Positions 8,585-16,029 of a DNA stretch of 60,161 nucleotides are shown here, one piece after another. The first letter of the stretch is position 1. Every line of letters starts with the position of its first letter. A program made the translations under genes and the position numbers. Below the pieces are notes generated by a model. That model ran no database searches. It was not told the origin of the DNA and worked only from the letters and a program-made list of their open reading frames with translations. Location of the stretch: positions 1-60,161 of the forward strand of contig DOWS01000020.1 in assembly GCA_003519445.1 (NCBI GenBank). The letters are read 5' to 3'. Source of the stretch: Candidatus Daviesbacteria bacterium (GTDB lineage: Bacteria; Patescibacteriota; Microgenomatia; Daviesbacterales; UBA10151).

Positions 8585-9178
8585 CTAATGAGCTGCTCTC
8601 TCGTCAACCACCTGTTTAAAAAGATCGCGCAACCGGGGATTATTTTTGTCTCTTTCGGAAATAATGGGATTTTTAATTGGCCAAGCAATATTCAAATCAG
8701 GATCATCCCAAGCAATTGCCCTTTGATCGGATCCATCCCAGTATGCATCTGTCAAGTAAATATAATCAACCGGCTCATCTCCCACCACGCAAACCGAATT
8801 GGCCAGCCCGTTGGGAATAAACAAACCGAATCTCTGACCATCATCAATGGTAAAAGTTTCCACTTTGGCAAAACTTGGTAAATCAGGCCTTAAATCAACA
8901 ATGGCTAAAAATGCTGTACCTGTCACCGGATAAATCATTTTGTTCCACTGCTCGGCGTGTAAACCGCGGAGCACACTCGGAAGCGATCTTGAATGATTCA
9001 TCTGAACCGGCTTAAATTCAAACCCAATTTCTTTTTCCAATTCATCCATATGAAAAATTTCCTTAAAAAAACCTCTTTCATCTTCAAAAACAGGCCGCTC
9101 CAAAATTAATAGCCCGGGGATTGATGTTTTTTTTATGTATTTATTTTCCATATGATTTTTGGGCGCTGGAATCAACAT
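8585..9178 (-). CDS. rfbC: dTDP-4-dehydrorhamnose 3,5-epimerase
   Basis: IPGLLILERPVFEDERGFFKEIF, LRGLHAEQW, cupin fold pattern. The start may be the internal ATG (MENKY, 9151). Confidence 0.85.
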   Translation of the reverse strand: MLIPAPKNHMENKYIKKTSIPGLLILERPVFEDERGFFKEIFHMDELEKEIGFEFKPVQMNHSRSLPSVLRGLHAEQWNKMIYPVTGTAFLAIVDLRPDLPSFAKVETFTIDDGQRFGLFIPNGLANSVCVVGDEPVDYIYLTDAYWDGSDQRAIAWDDPDLNIAWPIKNPIISERDKNNPRLRDLFKQVVDERAAH

Positions 9179-10145
9179 TCGGTCTTCCGAGCTTTAATGG
9201 CTTCCACCACCATTCATTATTTTTATACCACTCAACTACTTCAGGTAAATCTTTTTCCAGACTTCGTTCCCTATGCCATCCCAAAGATGCCAGTTTACTG
9301 CCATCTATAGCATACCTGAAGTCATGACCTAATCTGTGTTCAACATATTCAATACGGGAGGCATCCATTCCCAAAATATCAAGCAACATTTGAGTAATTT
9401 CCAGATTAGTTTTTTCCTCACCTTGAATTAAATAAGTTCCCCCTATTTTGCCTTTTTGTAAACATAAATCTATGGCCTTTGCATGATCTTCAACATGAAG
9501 CCACTCCCGGATATTTTCTCCTTTACCCATTAAGGGAACTTTTTTCCCTTCCAATAAATTAGTGATAAACCGCGGAATCAGTTTTTCCGGATCATGGAAA
9601 GGACCATAATTGTTAGCGCAATTTGTAATAGTTATAGGCAAACCATATGTTTCAAAATATGCTCTTACCAAATGATCTGACCCGGCTTTTGAGGCAGAAT
9701 AAGGAGTGCGGGGTTGATAGGGGGTATCTTCTCTAAAACGCGCATCACCCTGTTTCAGTTCTCCGTAAACTTCATCTGTTGAGACATGATGAAATCTTTT
9801 TATCTTTGCCTCAAGGGCAGCATTTAGCAAAACTGCTGTTCCTAAAACATTAGTCCGTACAAACTGCAAAGGGTCAATAATTGAACGGTCAACATGAGAC
9901 TCGGCTGCAAAATGAACAACTGTATCTGCTCTCTGCATGGTTGAATTAACTACTGCCTCATTTGTAATATCCCCCTTTATAAATTTATAGTTTGGACTAT
10001 TTTCAATATCTTTAAGAGATTCCGGATGGCCGGCATAAGTTAACACATCCAAATTAATTACTGTATCTTCAGGATGATTTTTTAACCAGTAATGTATGAA
10101 GTTACTGCCAATAAATCCCGCTCCCCCTGTCACCAAAATTCTCAT
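9141..10145 (-). CDS. rfbB: dTDP-glucose 4,6-dehydratase
   Basis: MRILVTGGAGFIGSNF, HFAAESHVDRS, YSASKAGSDHLVRAY. Confidence 0.9.
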   Translation of the reverse strand: MRILVTGGAGFIGSNFIHYWLKNHPEDTVINLDVLTYAGHPESLKDIENSPNYKFIKGDITNEAVVNSTMQRADTVVHFAAESHVDRSIIDPLQFVRTNVLGTAVLLNAALEAKIKRFHHVSTDEVYGELKQGDARFREDTPYQPRTPYSASKAGSDHLVRAYFETYGLPITITNCANNYGPFHDPEKLIPRFITNLLEGKKVPLMGKGENIREWLHVEDHAKAIDLCLQKGKIGGTYLIQGEEKTNLEITQMLLDILGMDASRIEYVEHRLGHDFRYAIDGSKLASLGWHRERSLEKDLPEVVEWYKNNEWWWKPLKLGRPNVDSSAQKSYGK

Positions 10146-10148
10146 TAT

Positions 10149-10877
10149 TTATTTTCTCTCCTTTGGCTTCCCGGCCCAATAGTTATTAGCCTCCAACAAA
10201 GTATCAAAGGTGCCGGCATCCCGCCAGTAGCCTTTAAGTTCACTCCAGGCAAGTTTACTTTTTTCCACATATTTATTATTAACATCAGTAATTTCCAGCT
10301 CCCCTCTTAATGAAGGTTTTATTTCCCTGATAAAATCAAAAACCTGTTTATCGTATATGTAAACTCCTGTCACCGCCCACTTTGAATCTGGATTCTGGGG
10401 CTTTTCAGTAATTTTAATTATTTTTGAGGGATCCTGTGGATCAAATGTGGCAATACCGAACCGTTCCGGATCCGCTACTTCTTTCAGAAAAATCAGCGCC
10501 CCTTCCTTGAAACCGGCCACAGCACTGGAAATATCCGCATCAGAAGTGTTGTCCCCCAAAATAACAGTAATACTATCTCCTTCGGCAAAATTTTCCGCCA
10601 GAGACAACGCATCGGCAATTCCTCCCTCTTTTTCCTGGTAGGCATATTCCAAGTGTTTAATCCCCAGCTCATGGCCATTTTTTAAAATTGACATAAAACC
10701 GCCGGAGTGTGGCCCGCCGGTTACCACCATGATCTCGGTAATACCTGCTTTTATCAGAGTATCAATGGGGTAAAAAATCATCGGTTTATTGTAAACCGGA
10801 AGTAAATGTTTATTAGTTACCTTAGTTAAAGGATTTAGGCGGGTTCCCAATCCTCCTGCCAGTATGACACCTTTCAT
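10149..10877 (-). CDS. rfbA: glucose-1-phosphate thymidylyltransferase (short form) / sugar nucleotidyltransferase
   Basis: MKGVILAGGLGTRLNPLTKVTNKHLLPVYNKPMIFYPI. Confidence 0.8.
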   Translation of the reverse strand: MKGVILAGGLGTRLNPLTKVTNKHLLPVYNKPMIFYPIDTLIKAGITEIMVVTGGPHSGGFMSILKNGHELGIKHLEYAYQEKEGGIADALSLAENFAEGDSITVILGDNTSDADISSAVAGFKEGALIFLKEVADPERFGIATFDPQDPSKIIKITEKPQNPDSKWAVTGVYIYDKQVFDFIREIKPSLRGELEITDVNNKYVEKSKLAWSELKGYWRDAGTFDTLLEANNYWAGKPKERK

Positions 10878-10883
10878 AGTCTA

Positions 10884-10889
10884 ATTATA
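10884..10889 (-). promoter_or_regulatory. -10 box TATAAT, 6 nt upstream of the rfbA-like ATG (10877)
   Basis: Minus strand reads tataat-tagact-ATG. Overlaps the stop codon of the small ORF 10885..11043. Confidence 0.4.
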
Positions 10890-11043
10890 CATAAATTCCC
10901 AAAATAAGTATCAAAACTAAACCTGCCAGCAAAATATACTCCATCAAAATAACTAAAGTTAAACTTTTATCGCGGCGATGATGCCAGATGGCCCAAACTA
11001 AATAAATTAATATGGCAATAATAAGTATGTTTAATGGTTTCAT
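10885..11043 (-). CDS. small 2-TM membrane protein (52 aa), below the ORF-track cutoff
   Basis: MKPLNILIIAILIYLVWAIWHHRRDKSLTLVILMEYILLAGLVLILILGIYV. Its ATG overlaps the TGA of the upstream CAP gene (ATGA at 11043-11040). Confidence 0.4.
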   Translation of the reverse strand: MKPLNILIIAILIYLVWAIWHHRRDKSLTLVILMEYILLAGLVLILILGIYV

Positions 11044-11912
11044 AAAATTACTCCCGGATTGCTATTTAACAAAGTAGCAGCTGCTACGCCCAGAATTGCC
11101 ATGTGGGCTACTCTGGATGAGGCAATCCTAAATACCCCCCGTTTTTTCAAAATAATAAAATCAGCAACCAGTAAAATAACCATTAAAGAAATAAGACCCA
11201 AAGAAGCAGTCCGCGAAAAAGAGTACGGATCTAACAATGGTTTTCCTGATAATGGAGTCTGTACTGCTGCCAAAAGCTCTGGTTTTTGATTATATTCTTG
11301 TATTGGCACAACGGTTTGCTTGCCGGAAACATTAACAAGCGGCTGGCCTGGTAAATTCTCCGTGGTACCGAATTCCTGCACCACCAAGGTGGTTTTTTGT
11401 CCATTCAGCACCCCCTCCACCACTGCTATGCCAATATCCTGATATTTTGGATTTAGGAGGTTTTCCCTGTGAGTAGTAGAGGCCATCCAAGCGGATACCA
11501 CTTCATCCGAGGAATAAAAATTCTTGGCCAGATTTTCCCCGGCATAGGTAAATTTATAACCTGAACCCAAAATAAAATCCCAGGGAGTCTTGCCACTGGG
11601 GGCAAAATGAGCCCAGTAATTTTCTTGGAACATATTTTGAGCCTTAAGGGCTGCTGCCTGATCTAAAGCGGCGTTTTCCGCAACCGGAGGCAAACCCTGT
11701 TTTTCCCTTTCAACATTTGTCAGTTCAATCAGTTTTTTTTGGTCAATATCTCCTGAAATTCCCAAAACTCCGGGTTTTGCATAACCTACTATGGAAAAAC
11801 CTACCTGGAGCAAAATAAAAAGCAGAATATAGATTAAAATAGCCTCCCAGGAAATTAAGTGGGCTTTTTTATGAGTATCTTTATGAGGTAAAAAAAAGTT
11901 GCGAAAGATCAT
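11040..11912 (-). CDS. CAP/SCP (PR-1-like) domain protein with N- and C-terminal TM segments
   Basis: NVEREKQGLPPV...NYWAHFAPSG...YAGENLAKNF...VVSAWMASTTHRENLLNPKYQDIGIAVV. Confidence 0.8.
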   Translation of the reverse strand: MIFRNFFLPHKDTHKKAHLISWEAILIYILLFILLQVGFSIVGYAKPGVLGISGDIDQKKLIELTNVEREKQGLPPVAENAALDQAAALKAQNMFQENYWAHFAPSGKTPWDFILGSGYKFTYAGENLAKNFYSSDEVVSAWMASTTHRENLLNPKYQDIGIAVVEGVLNGQKTTLVVQEFGTTENLPGQPLVNVSGKQTVVPIQEYNQKPELLAAVQTPLSGKPLLDPYSFSRTASLGLISLMVILLVADFIILKKRGVFRIASSRVAHMAILGVAAATLLNSNPGVIL

Positions 11913-11918
11913 AATAAG

Positions 11919-11927
11919 AGTATAACA
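11919..11927 (-). promoter_or_regulatory. extended -10 (TGT-TATACT), 6 nt upstream of ATG 11912
   Basis: Minus strand: tgtTATACT-cttatt-ATG. No SD. Confidence 0.45.
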
Positions 11928-11935
11928 CGAGAATA

Positions 11936-12023
11936 AATTTTCAGTTTTTAATTTTCAATTTACAATGAATTTTCAATAATTAATGCTCAATGTTTGAAAA
12001 TTGTAGATCGGTACTTGAAAATT
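11936..12023. repeat. cluster of five TTGAAAATT / AATTTTCAA 9-mers
   Basis: aattttcaG 11936-44, aattttcaa 11950-58, aattttcaa 11968-76 (one orientation). ttgaaaatt 11994-12002, ttgaaaatt 12015-23 (opposite orientation). Confidence 0.6.
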
Positions 12024-12366
12024 AGTAATTAAGTTCTGTTTCAATTTTTTTCTCGTTAACCGGAATATTCAGGGCAAAGCCCAAAGCATTGGCTACAGAT
12101 ACTCCCACTCGAAGTCCTGTAAAAGACCCGGGTCCAGTTTCAACTTCAATTGCTTTTAGCTTTCCAATCCCGGATTGGAATTGACTTGACAATCCGGGAT
12201 TGTAGGTTCGAAATAACTTGACTATCAAAGGCAACAAAACTTGTGATCCAAATTTATTTTTGGCAGACATGCTTTTTATGACTTTGCACTTTACGCTTTG
12301 CACTTTACCCTCTACAAGGGCCACCTCCACCCTATTTTGCTCTTTGGTATTTATATAAAGAACCAT
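12022..12366 (-). CDS. tsaB: TsaB-like protein (t6A biosynthesis), only N-terminal half length (114 aa)
   Basis: ETGPGSFTGLRVGVSVANALGFALNIP is the TsaB/YeaZ signature. Contains the 56-nt palindromic element in frame (TYNPGLSSQFQSGIGKLK). Confidence 0.65.
   Translation of the reverse strand: MVLYINTKEQNRVEVALVEGKVQSVKCKVIKSMSAKNKFGSQVLLPLIVKLFRTYNPGLSSQFQSGIGKLKAIEVETGPGSFTGLRVGVSVANALGFALNIPVNEKKIETELNY
12154..12209. repeat. 56-nt palindromic element, copy 1 (inside tsaB)
   Basis: ttttagctttccaatcccggattggaattgacttgacaatccgggattgtaggttc, 56/56 identical to 36520-36575. 13-bp perfect stem (12165-77 / 12190-202), 12-nt loop. Confidence 0.9.
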
Positions 12367-12372
12367 GTCCGA

Positions 12373-12381
12373 ATTTTAACA
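12373..12381 (-). promoter_or_regulatory. extended -10 (TGT-TAAAAT), 6 nt upstream of tsaB ATG 12366
   Basis: Minus strand: tgtTAAAAT-tcggac-ATG. Confidence 0.45.
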
Positions 12382-12386
12382 TTTTT

Positions 12387-12395
12387 TGATATACT
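12387..12395 (+). promoter_or_regulatory. extended -10 (TGA-TATACT), 7 nt upstream of ATG 12403
   Basis: tgaTATACT-caagaat-ATG. Back-to-back with the tsaB promoter. Confidence 0.45.
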
Positions 12396-12402
12396 CAAGA
12401 AT

Positions 12403-12984
12403 ATGCAGGATATAAAAACTATTATCAGTATTACTGCAATAATATTAACTTTTATTGGTTACATTCCGTATCTTCGTGATACTTTACAAGGAAAAACAAC
12501 ACCTCATGTTTACACATGGTTTATTTGGGGATTTGTCACAGCTATAGCTTTCGGCCTTCAGGTCGAGGGAGGTGCGGGAGTAGGTTCATGGGTAACTATA
12601 GTAGTTGCCATCATCTGCTTTACTATATTTTTGCTGGGCATGCGAAGTGGCAAAAAAGATATTGCTCTCTCTGACACAATATTTTTTGTTCTCTCATTTG
12701 TGGCTTTATTTTTGTGGCTGATTGCTAAACAGCCTGTATTATCAGTTATTCTTACTTCAACTATTGATCTGCTCGGTTTCGCCCCCACTGTTAGAAAATC
12801 CTGGAATAAACCACACTCGGAAACGCTATTTACATACGAGCTAAGTACCTTGAGACACGGATTAAGCATATTAGCCCTGCAACAATACAGTATTGTAACT
12901 TGGCTTTATCCTGTGAGCTGGACATTCGCAAACGCGCTCTTTAGCTTGATACTGATAATCAGAAGAAAACAAGTTAACAAATAA
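12403..12984 (+). CDS. 6-7 TM membrane protein (PQ-loop-like?), function unknown
   Basis: Start moved to ATG 12403 (MQDIKTIISITAIILTFIGYIPYLRDTLQGKTTPH...). The ORF-track start 12298 overlaps tsaB. Confidence 0.55.
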   Translation: MQDIKTIISITAIILTFIGYIPYLRDTLQGKTTPHVYTWFIWGFVTAIAFGLQVEGGAGVGSWVTIVVAIICFTIFLLGMRSGKKDIALSDTIFFVLSFVALFLWLIAKQPVLSVILTSTIDLLGFAPTVRKSWNKPHSETLFTYELSTLRHGLSILALQQYSIVTWLYPVSWTFANALFSLILIIRRKQVNK

Positions 12985-13057
12985 GGGCGTTCTGCCGGTT
13001 GCTCAAACCTTAAGAAATCTCAATTGGCGTATTATAATATCCCATAGTTGAGGAAAT

Positions 13058-14515
13058 ATGTCACAAGAACGATTTAATGGACAACCCATAGAAGCTAGAT
13101 TTGCCGATGAATTGGCTAAAGCCAGGTCTTTGCTTAATCCCGGATTCTTGCGCCTTGAAGCTGAAGAAACAAATGTGCCTATGCCTGTACAAAATGTCAT
13201 CAGGCAACTGACAGCTACCGGGATCTGGTTTAGATTAAGCAGAAACTTAAAAGCAGAAAGCTGTGCCGACGCGACTCATAAACGCAACAGGGGTTTGGGA
13301 CAAATGGGCATACCGCTTCATGATGAACTAAAAACTTTTTTAGGACAAACCATTGGACCTGACGGTCAAGAAATTATTGTCATGGTCCACTGCAGAGGCG
13401 ACCAGGATTTAGACTTTGATTTGATAGAAAAGGCTTTAAAAGCCAAAGCTCCCCTTGAAAGACTGTCTCCGGATAAAATTTCCGCATTGGGAGTAAATTA
13501 CGGATTAATTAATCCGTTTACGGGCGCTGAAACAGTTTCTCATGATAGAGGACAAATGATATATTCACCTTTTGTGCAAGTTTTTGATAGTGATGTAATA
13601 CTTCCTCCAACGGTTCCGCCAACCATGATGACCAATACCGGTGATTACACCTGGGCTGTGGAGTTTGACACTCAAGAATTAATTAAGGTTATATTTAGAG
13701 CAAAAGTAGTTACGGTAACTAAAGAGGAATTTTTTGAAGGGGCCAGATTTGCCAACAGCCGTTTGGCTCTGCTTACAGGCAACTCACCGGAATCAGGAAT
13801 GTCATTATTAGTCAAAATCAATGAAAAGATTAGAGCAGCTTTGGGTGAAAATGGTAATTTTGGGGATGTTTCCCTGCCGAATGTTACTTTCAGATCTGTT
13901 CCCGCAATGGGACTTACAATGGACCTTTCTCAAAGAAGGGAGCAGGTTTGGAGATTAATTCGTCCCGTGATTGAGGAGCTTGCAAAACAGGAACCGGATG
14001 TGCTAACTATTGCCTGCAATACCACTCCTTACTTTACCCAGGAAATTGCCGAGATGTTAGATCGAAGAACAACTCTTTTAACCACTCCCCGCGTAACATT
14101 AGATTTTTTAAAGGCTAGGCAGATCAGTCAAGTCGCTTTAATTGGAATACCGTATGTAGCAGAATTGGAAGAATGGAGCGCCTTTTTAAGGCCTTTAAGA
14201 GAGGCCGGTGTTGAGGTTGAGAAGCTAAGCCCCAAAGCTTTAGAAAGAATTAATGAATTGGCATTTGCCGTTAAACGAAGCGCTGCAACTGAAGCAAATC
14301 TGACTTCTCTGGCTAATGTCTTAAGGGATATACTAGACCGGGAAGTCAACGCACAGACAATTGCTATAGCCTTAACAGAAATTTCCCAGCTTTTACCATT
14401 CACCAGAAGAAGTATTAGTAGAGGCAAAACCTTAATTGATACTCTGGATTTATTAGCAAACGCAGTTGCTTTAAGGCTTCTTAAAAAACCATTTGTCTAT
14501 TCGGCTACCTACTAA
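13058..14515 (+). CDS. Fusion: YbaK/ProX-like aminoacyl-tRNA deacylase domain plus Asp/Glu-racemase-superfamily domain
   Basis: N-terminal half: DELKTFL...IIVMVHCRGDQDLDFDLIEKAL...GVNYGLINPFTG...MMTNTGDYTWAVEFDTQELI (tRNA_edit pattern). C-terminal half: LALLTGNSPESGMSLL..., VLTIACNTTPYF (first catalytic Cys motif), IAIALTEISQLL (Leu where the second catalytic Cys of GCTE normally sits). Confidence 0.55.
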   Translation: MSQERFNGQPIEARFADELAKARSLLNPGFLRLEAEETNVPMPVQNVIRQLTATGIWFRLSRNLKAESCADATHKRNRGLGQMGIPLHDELKTFLGQTIGPDGQEIIVMVHCRGDQDLDFDLIEKALKAKAPLERLSPDKISALGVNYGLINPFTGAETVSHDRGQMIYSPFVQVFDSDVILPPTVPPTMMTNTGDYTWAVEFDTQELIKVIFRAKVVTVTKEEFFEGARFANSRLALLTGNSPESGMSLLVKINEKIRAALGENGNFGDVSLPNVTFRSVPAMGLTMDLSQRREQVWRLIRPVIEELAKQEPDVLTIACNTTPYFTQEIAEMLDRRTTLLTTPRVTLDFLKARQISQVALIGIPYVAELEEWSAFLRPLREAGVEVEKLSPKALERINELAFAVKRSAATEANLTSLANVLRDILDREVNAQTIAIALTEISQLLPFTRRSISRGKTLIDTLDLLANAVALRLLKKPFVYSATY

Positions 14516-14518
14516 AAT

Positions 14519-14995
14519 TTATGGTTTTGGGAAAGGTAAACCTGCAACCTCCAGGGAATCTGCTGTGGCTAATCTTTGAGTCCAATCAACTAATGCCTGT
14601 ACCATTGCCGGATATTGGGGTTCTCTGCGAAGTCTTTTTTTTTGAGAAGCAGATAAGCTAAAAACTATACTGTCTATGGGTAAGCCCAGCGCGCTTGGCC
14701 TAAAACCAGGCCGATAACCTAGGTTTGTCAACTCATCTTGTGGAGTTATATTGTAATAAATTCCTATGGATTCCACACTTACAAGTAATCTTTCGGGATC
14801 TTCATTAGGCCTAACATAATTGCTTCTGACATTATGCGTTATCTTCAAGACTGTACCGTCTGGTAAAGTTCTTTCCGCTACTCTTCCCTGCCCTGTTAAT
14901 TCGATTTTTGGCAATTGATCCACCACCCCTCTTAATTGAATAAAGGCTGGACCGGGTTGCGATGTCTCTTGTGTTGTTATTGCTTCTCCACTCAT
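14519..14995 (-). CDS. hypothetical protein (158 aa), no motif recognised
   Basis: Long ORF with coding-like composition. TGGTATAAT lies 11 nt upstream of its ATG. Confidence 0.5.
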   Translation of the reverse strand: MSGEAITTQETSQPGPAFIQLRGVVDQLPKIELTGQGRVAERTLPDGTVLKITHNVRSNYVRPNEDPERLLVSVESIGIYYNITPQDELTNLGYRPGFRPSALGLPIDSIVFSLSASQKKRLRREPQYPAMVQALVDWTQRLATADSLEVAGLPFPKP

Positions 14996-15020
14996 ACTTT
15001 AAATGTATTATACCAAATCC

Positions 15021-15029
15021 TGCTATAAT
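15021..15029 (+). promoter_or_regulatory. extended -10 (TGC-TATAAT), 6 nt upstream of prfB ATG 15036
   Basis: tgcTATAAT-cgctct-ATG. Confidence 0.5.
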
Positions 15030-15035
15030 CGCTCT

Positions 15036-16013
15036 ATGGATGATTTAAAAAGCAGGTTTGAGAAAATTTCCCAATCTTTTGATAGGGATAAAATGCAAGG
15101 GGAAATTAGGGCATTGGAAGCTCAAATGATGCAGCCCGGATTTTGGGATGATAGGCAGAGAGCAGAAGTCGTCAGTCGTCAGCTATCAGACAAAAATAAG
15201 ACATTAGAAACACTGGAGAGTTTGGAGCAAAATTTAGATGAAAAATTATTAAAAGAATTTGAGCTGAAGACTTTTCTTTCGGGCCCGCATGACAGCTCCG
15301 AAGCCATTTTATCCATTCATTCAGGTACAGGAGGAGTTGAGGCCATGGATTGGGCAGGCATGCTTTACCGAATGTACCAGAGATATTTTGAAAGAAAAAA
15401 TTGGAAATTTGAGCTAACTGATGAAAGTTTAGGGGAAGAAGCAGGTTATAAATCAGTTTCCATGATTGTCCACGCTCCCCTTAGCTACGGCTATTTAAAA
15501 GGCGAGGCCGGAACCCACAGATTAGTTAGGCAATCCCCATTCAATGCCGACAAACTTCGCCAAACCTCTTTTGCTTTAGTTGAAGTTTTACCTGTTATTG
15601 AAAATATGGAGATGGAAATTAAAGATGAGGATATAGAATTTGCAGCCTTTAGATCCGGAGGCCATGGAGGGCAAAATGTTAACAAGGTGTCCACTGCTGT
15701 ACGGTTAAAACATATTCCCACGGGTATCACAGTTACTGCCCAAACAGAACGGTCCCAGCTTCAAAACAGGGAAAATGCTTTGAAATTACTCCGTGCCAAG
15801 CTTTGGGTTCTTCAACAAGCTGAAAAAAATGCCCAAACCCAAAGCCTAAAAGGAACCACCCAAGCTTCATGGGGAACTCAAATCCGTTCTTATGTTTTGC
15901 ATCCATACCATATGGTTAAAGATCTACGCACCCTGGTTGAAACATCTAACACAGAGAGTGTCTTGGATGGGGACTTAAATCAGTTTATTGACGCGGAGAT
16001 AAGAAAGGGTTAA
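15036..16013 (+). CDS. prfB: peptide chain release factor 2
   Basis: SPF tripeptide (RQSPFNADK), GGQ ([20 protein letters not shown]). Start moved to [11 protein letters not shown] (15036). Single contiguous frame. Confidence 0.9.
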   Translation: MDDLKSRFEKISQSFDRDKMQGEIRALEAQMMQPGFWDDRQRAEVVSRQLSDKNKTLETLESLEQNLDEKLLKEFELKTFLSGPHDSSEAILSIHSGTGGVEAMDWAGMLYRMYQRYFERKNWKFELTDESLGEEAGYKSVSMIVHAPLSYGYLKGEAGTHRLVRQSPFNADKLRQTSFALVEVLPVIENMEMEIKDEDIEFAAFRSGGHGGQNVNKVSTAVRLKHIPTGITVTAQTERSQLQNRENALKLLRAKLWVLQQAEKNAQTQSLKGTTQASWGTQIRSYVLHPYHMVKDLRTLVETSNTESVLDGDLNQFIDAEIRKG

Positions 16014-16029
16014 TATAGAAAGTATAGCT

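Noticed and set aside
12154-12209. The 56-nt repeat as a CRISPR repeat (copy 2 begins gttttag…) or as a tRNA fragment (copy 1 is followed by ggttcgaa, which is T-loop-like).
   Set aside because: There are only two copies, 24 kb apart, with no spacer periodicity and no cas genes. The T-loop-like ggttcgaa depends on a flanking base present only in copy 1, and no acceptor or anticodon arms can be drawn.
13135-13145. The 11-mer aatcccggatt inside the YbaK-racemase gene is identical to one arm of the 56-nt element.
   Set aside because: The flanks do not match the element and there is no partner arm. I treat it as chance or as coding for NPG.
15036-15130. Programmed +1 frameshift site in prfB.
   Set aside because: The ORF is contiguous. 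There is no in-frame UGA and no CUU-UGA context.
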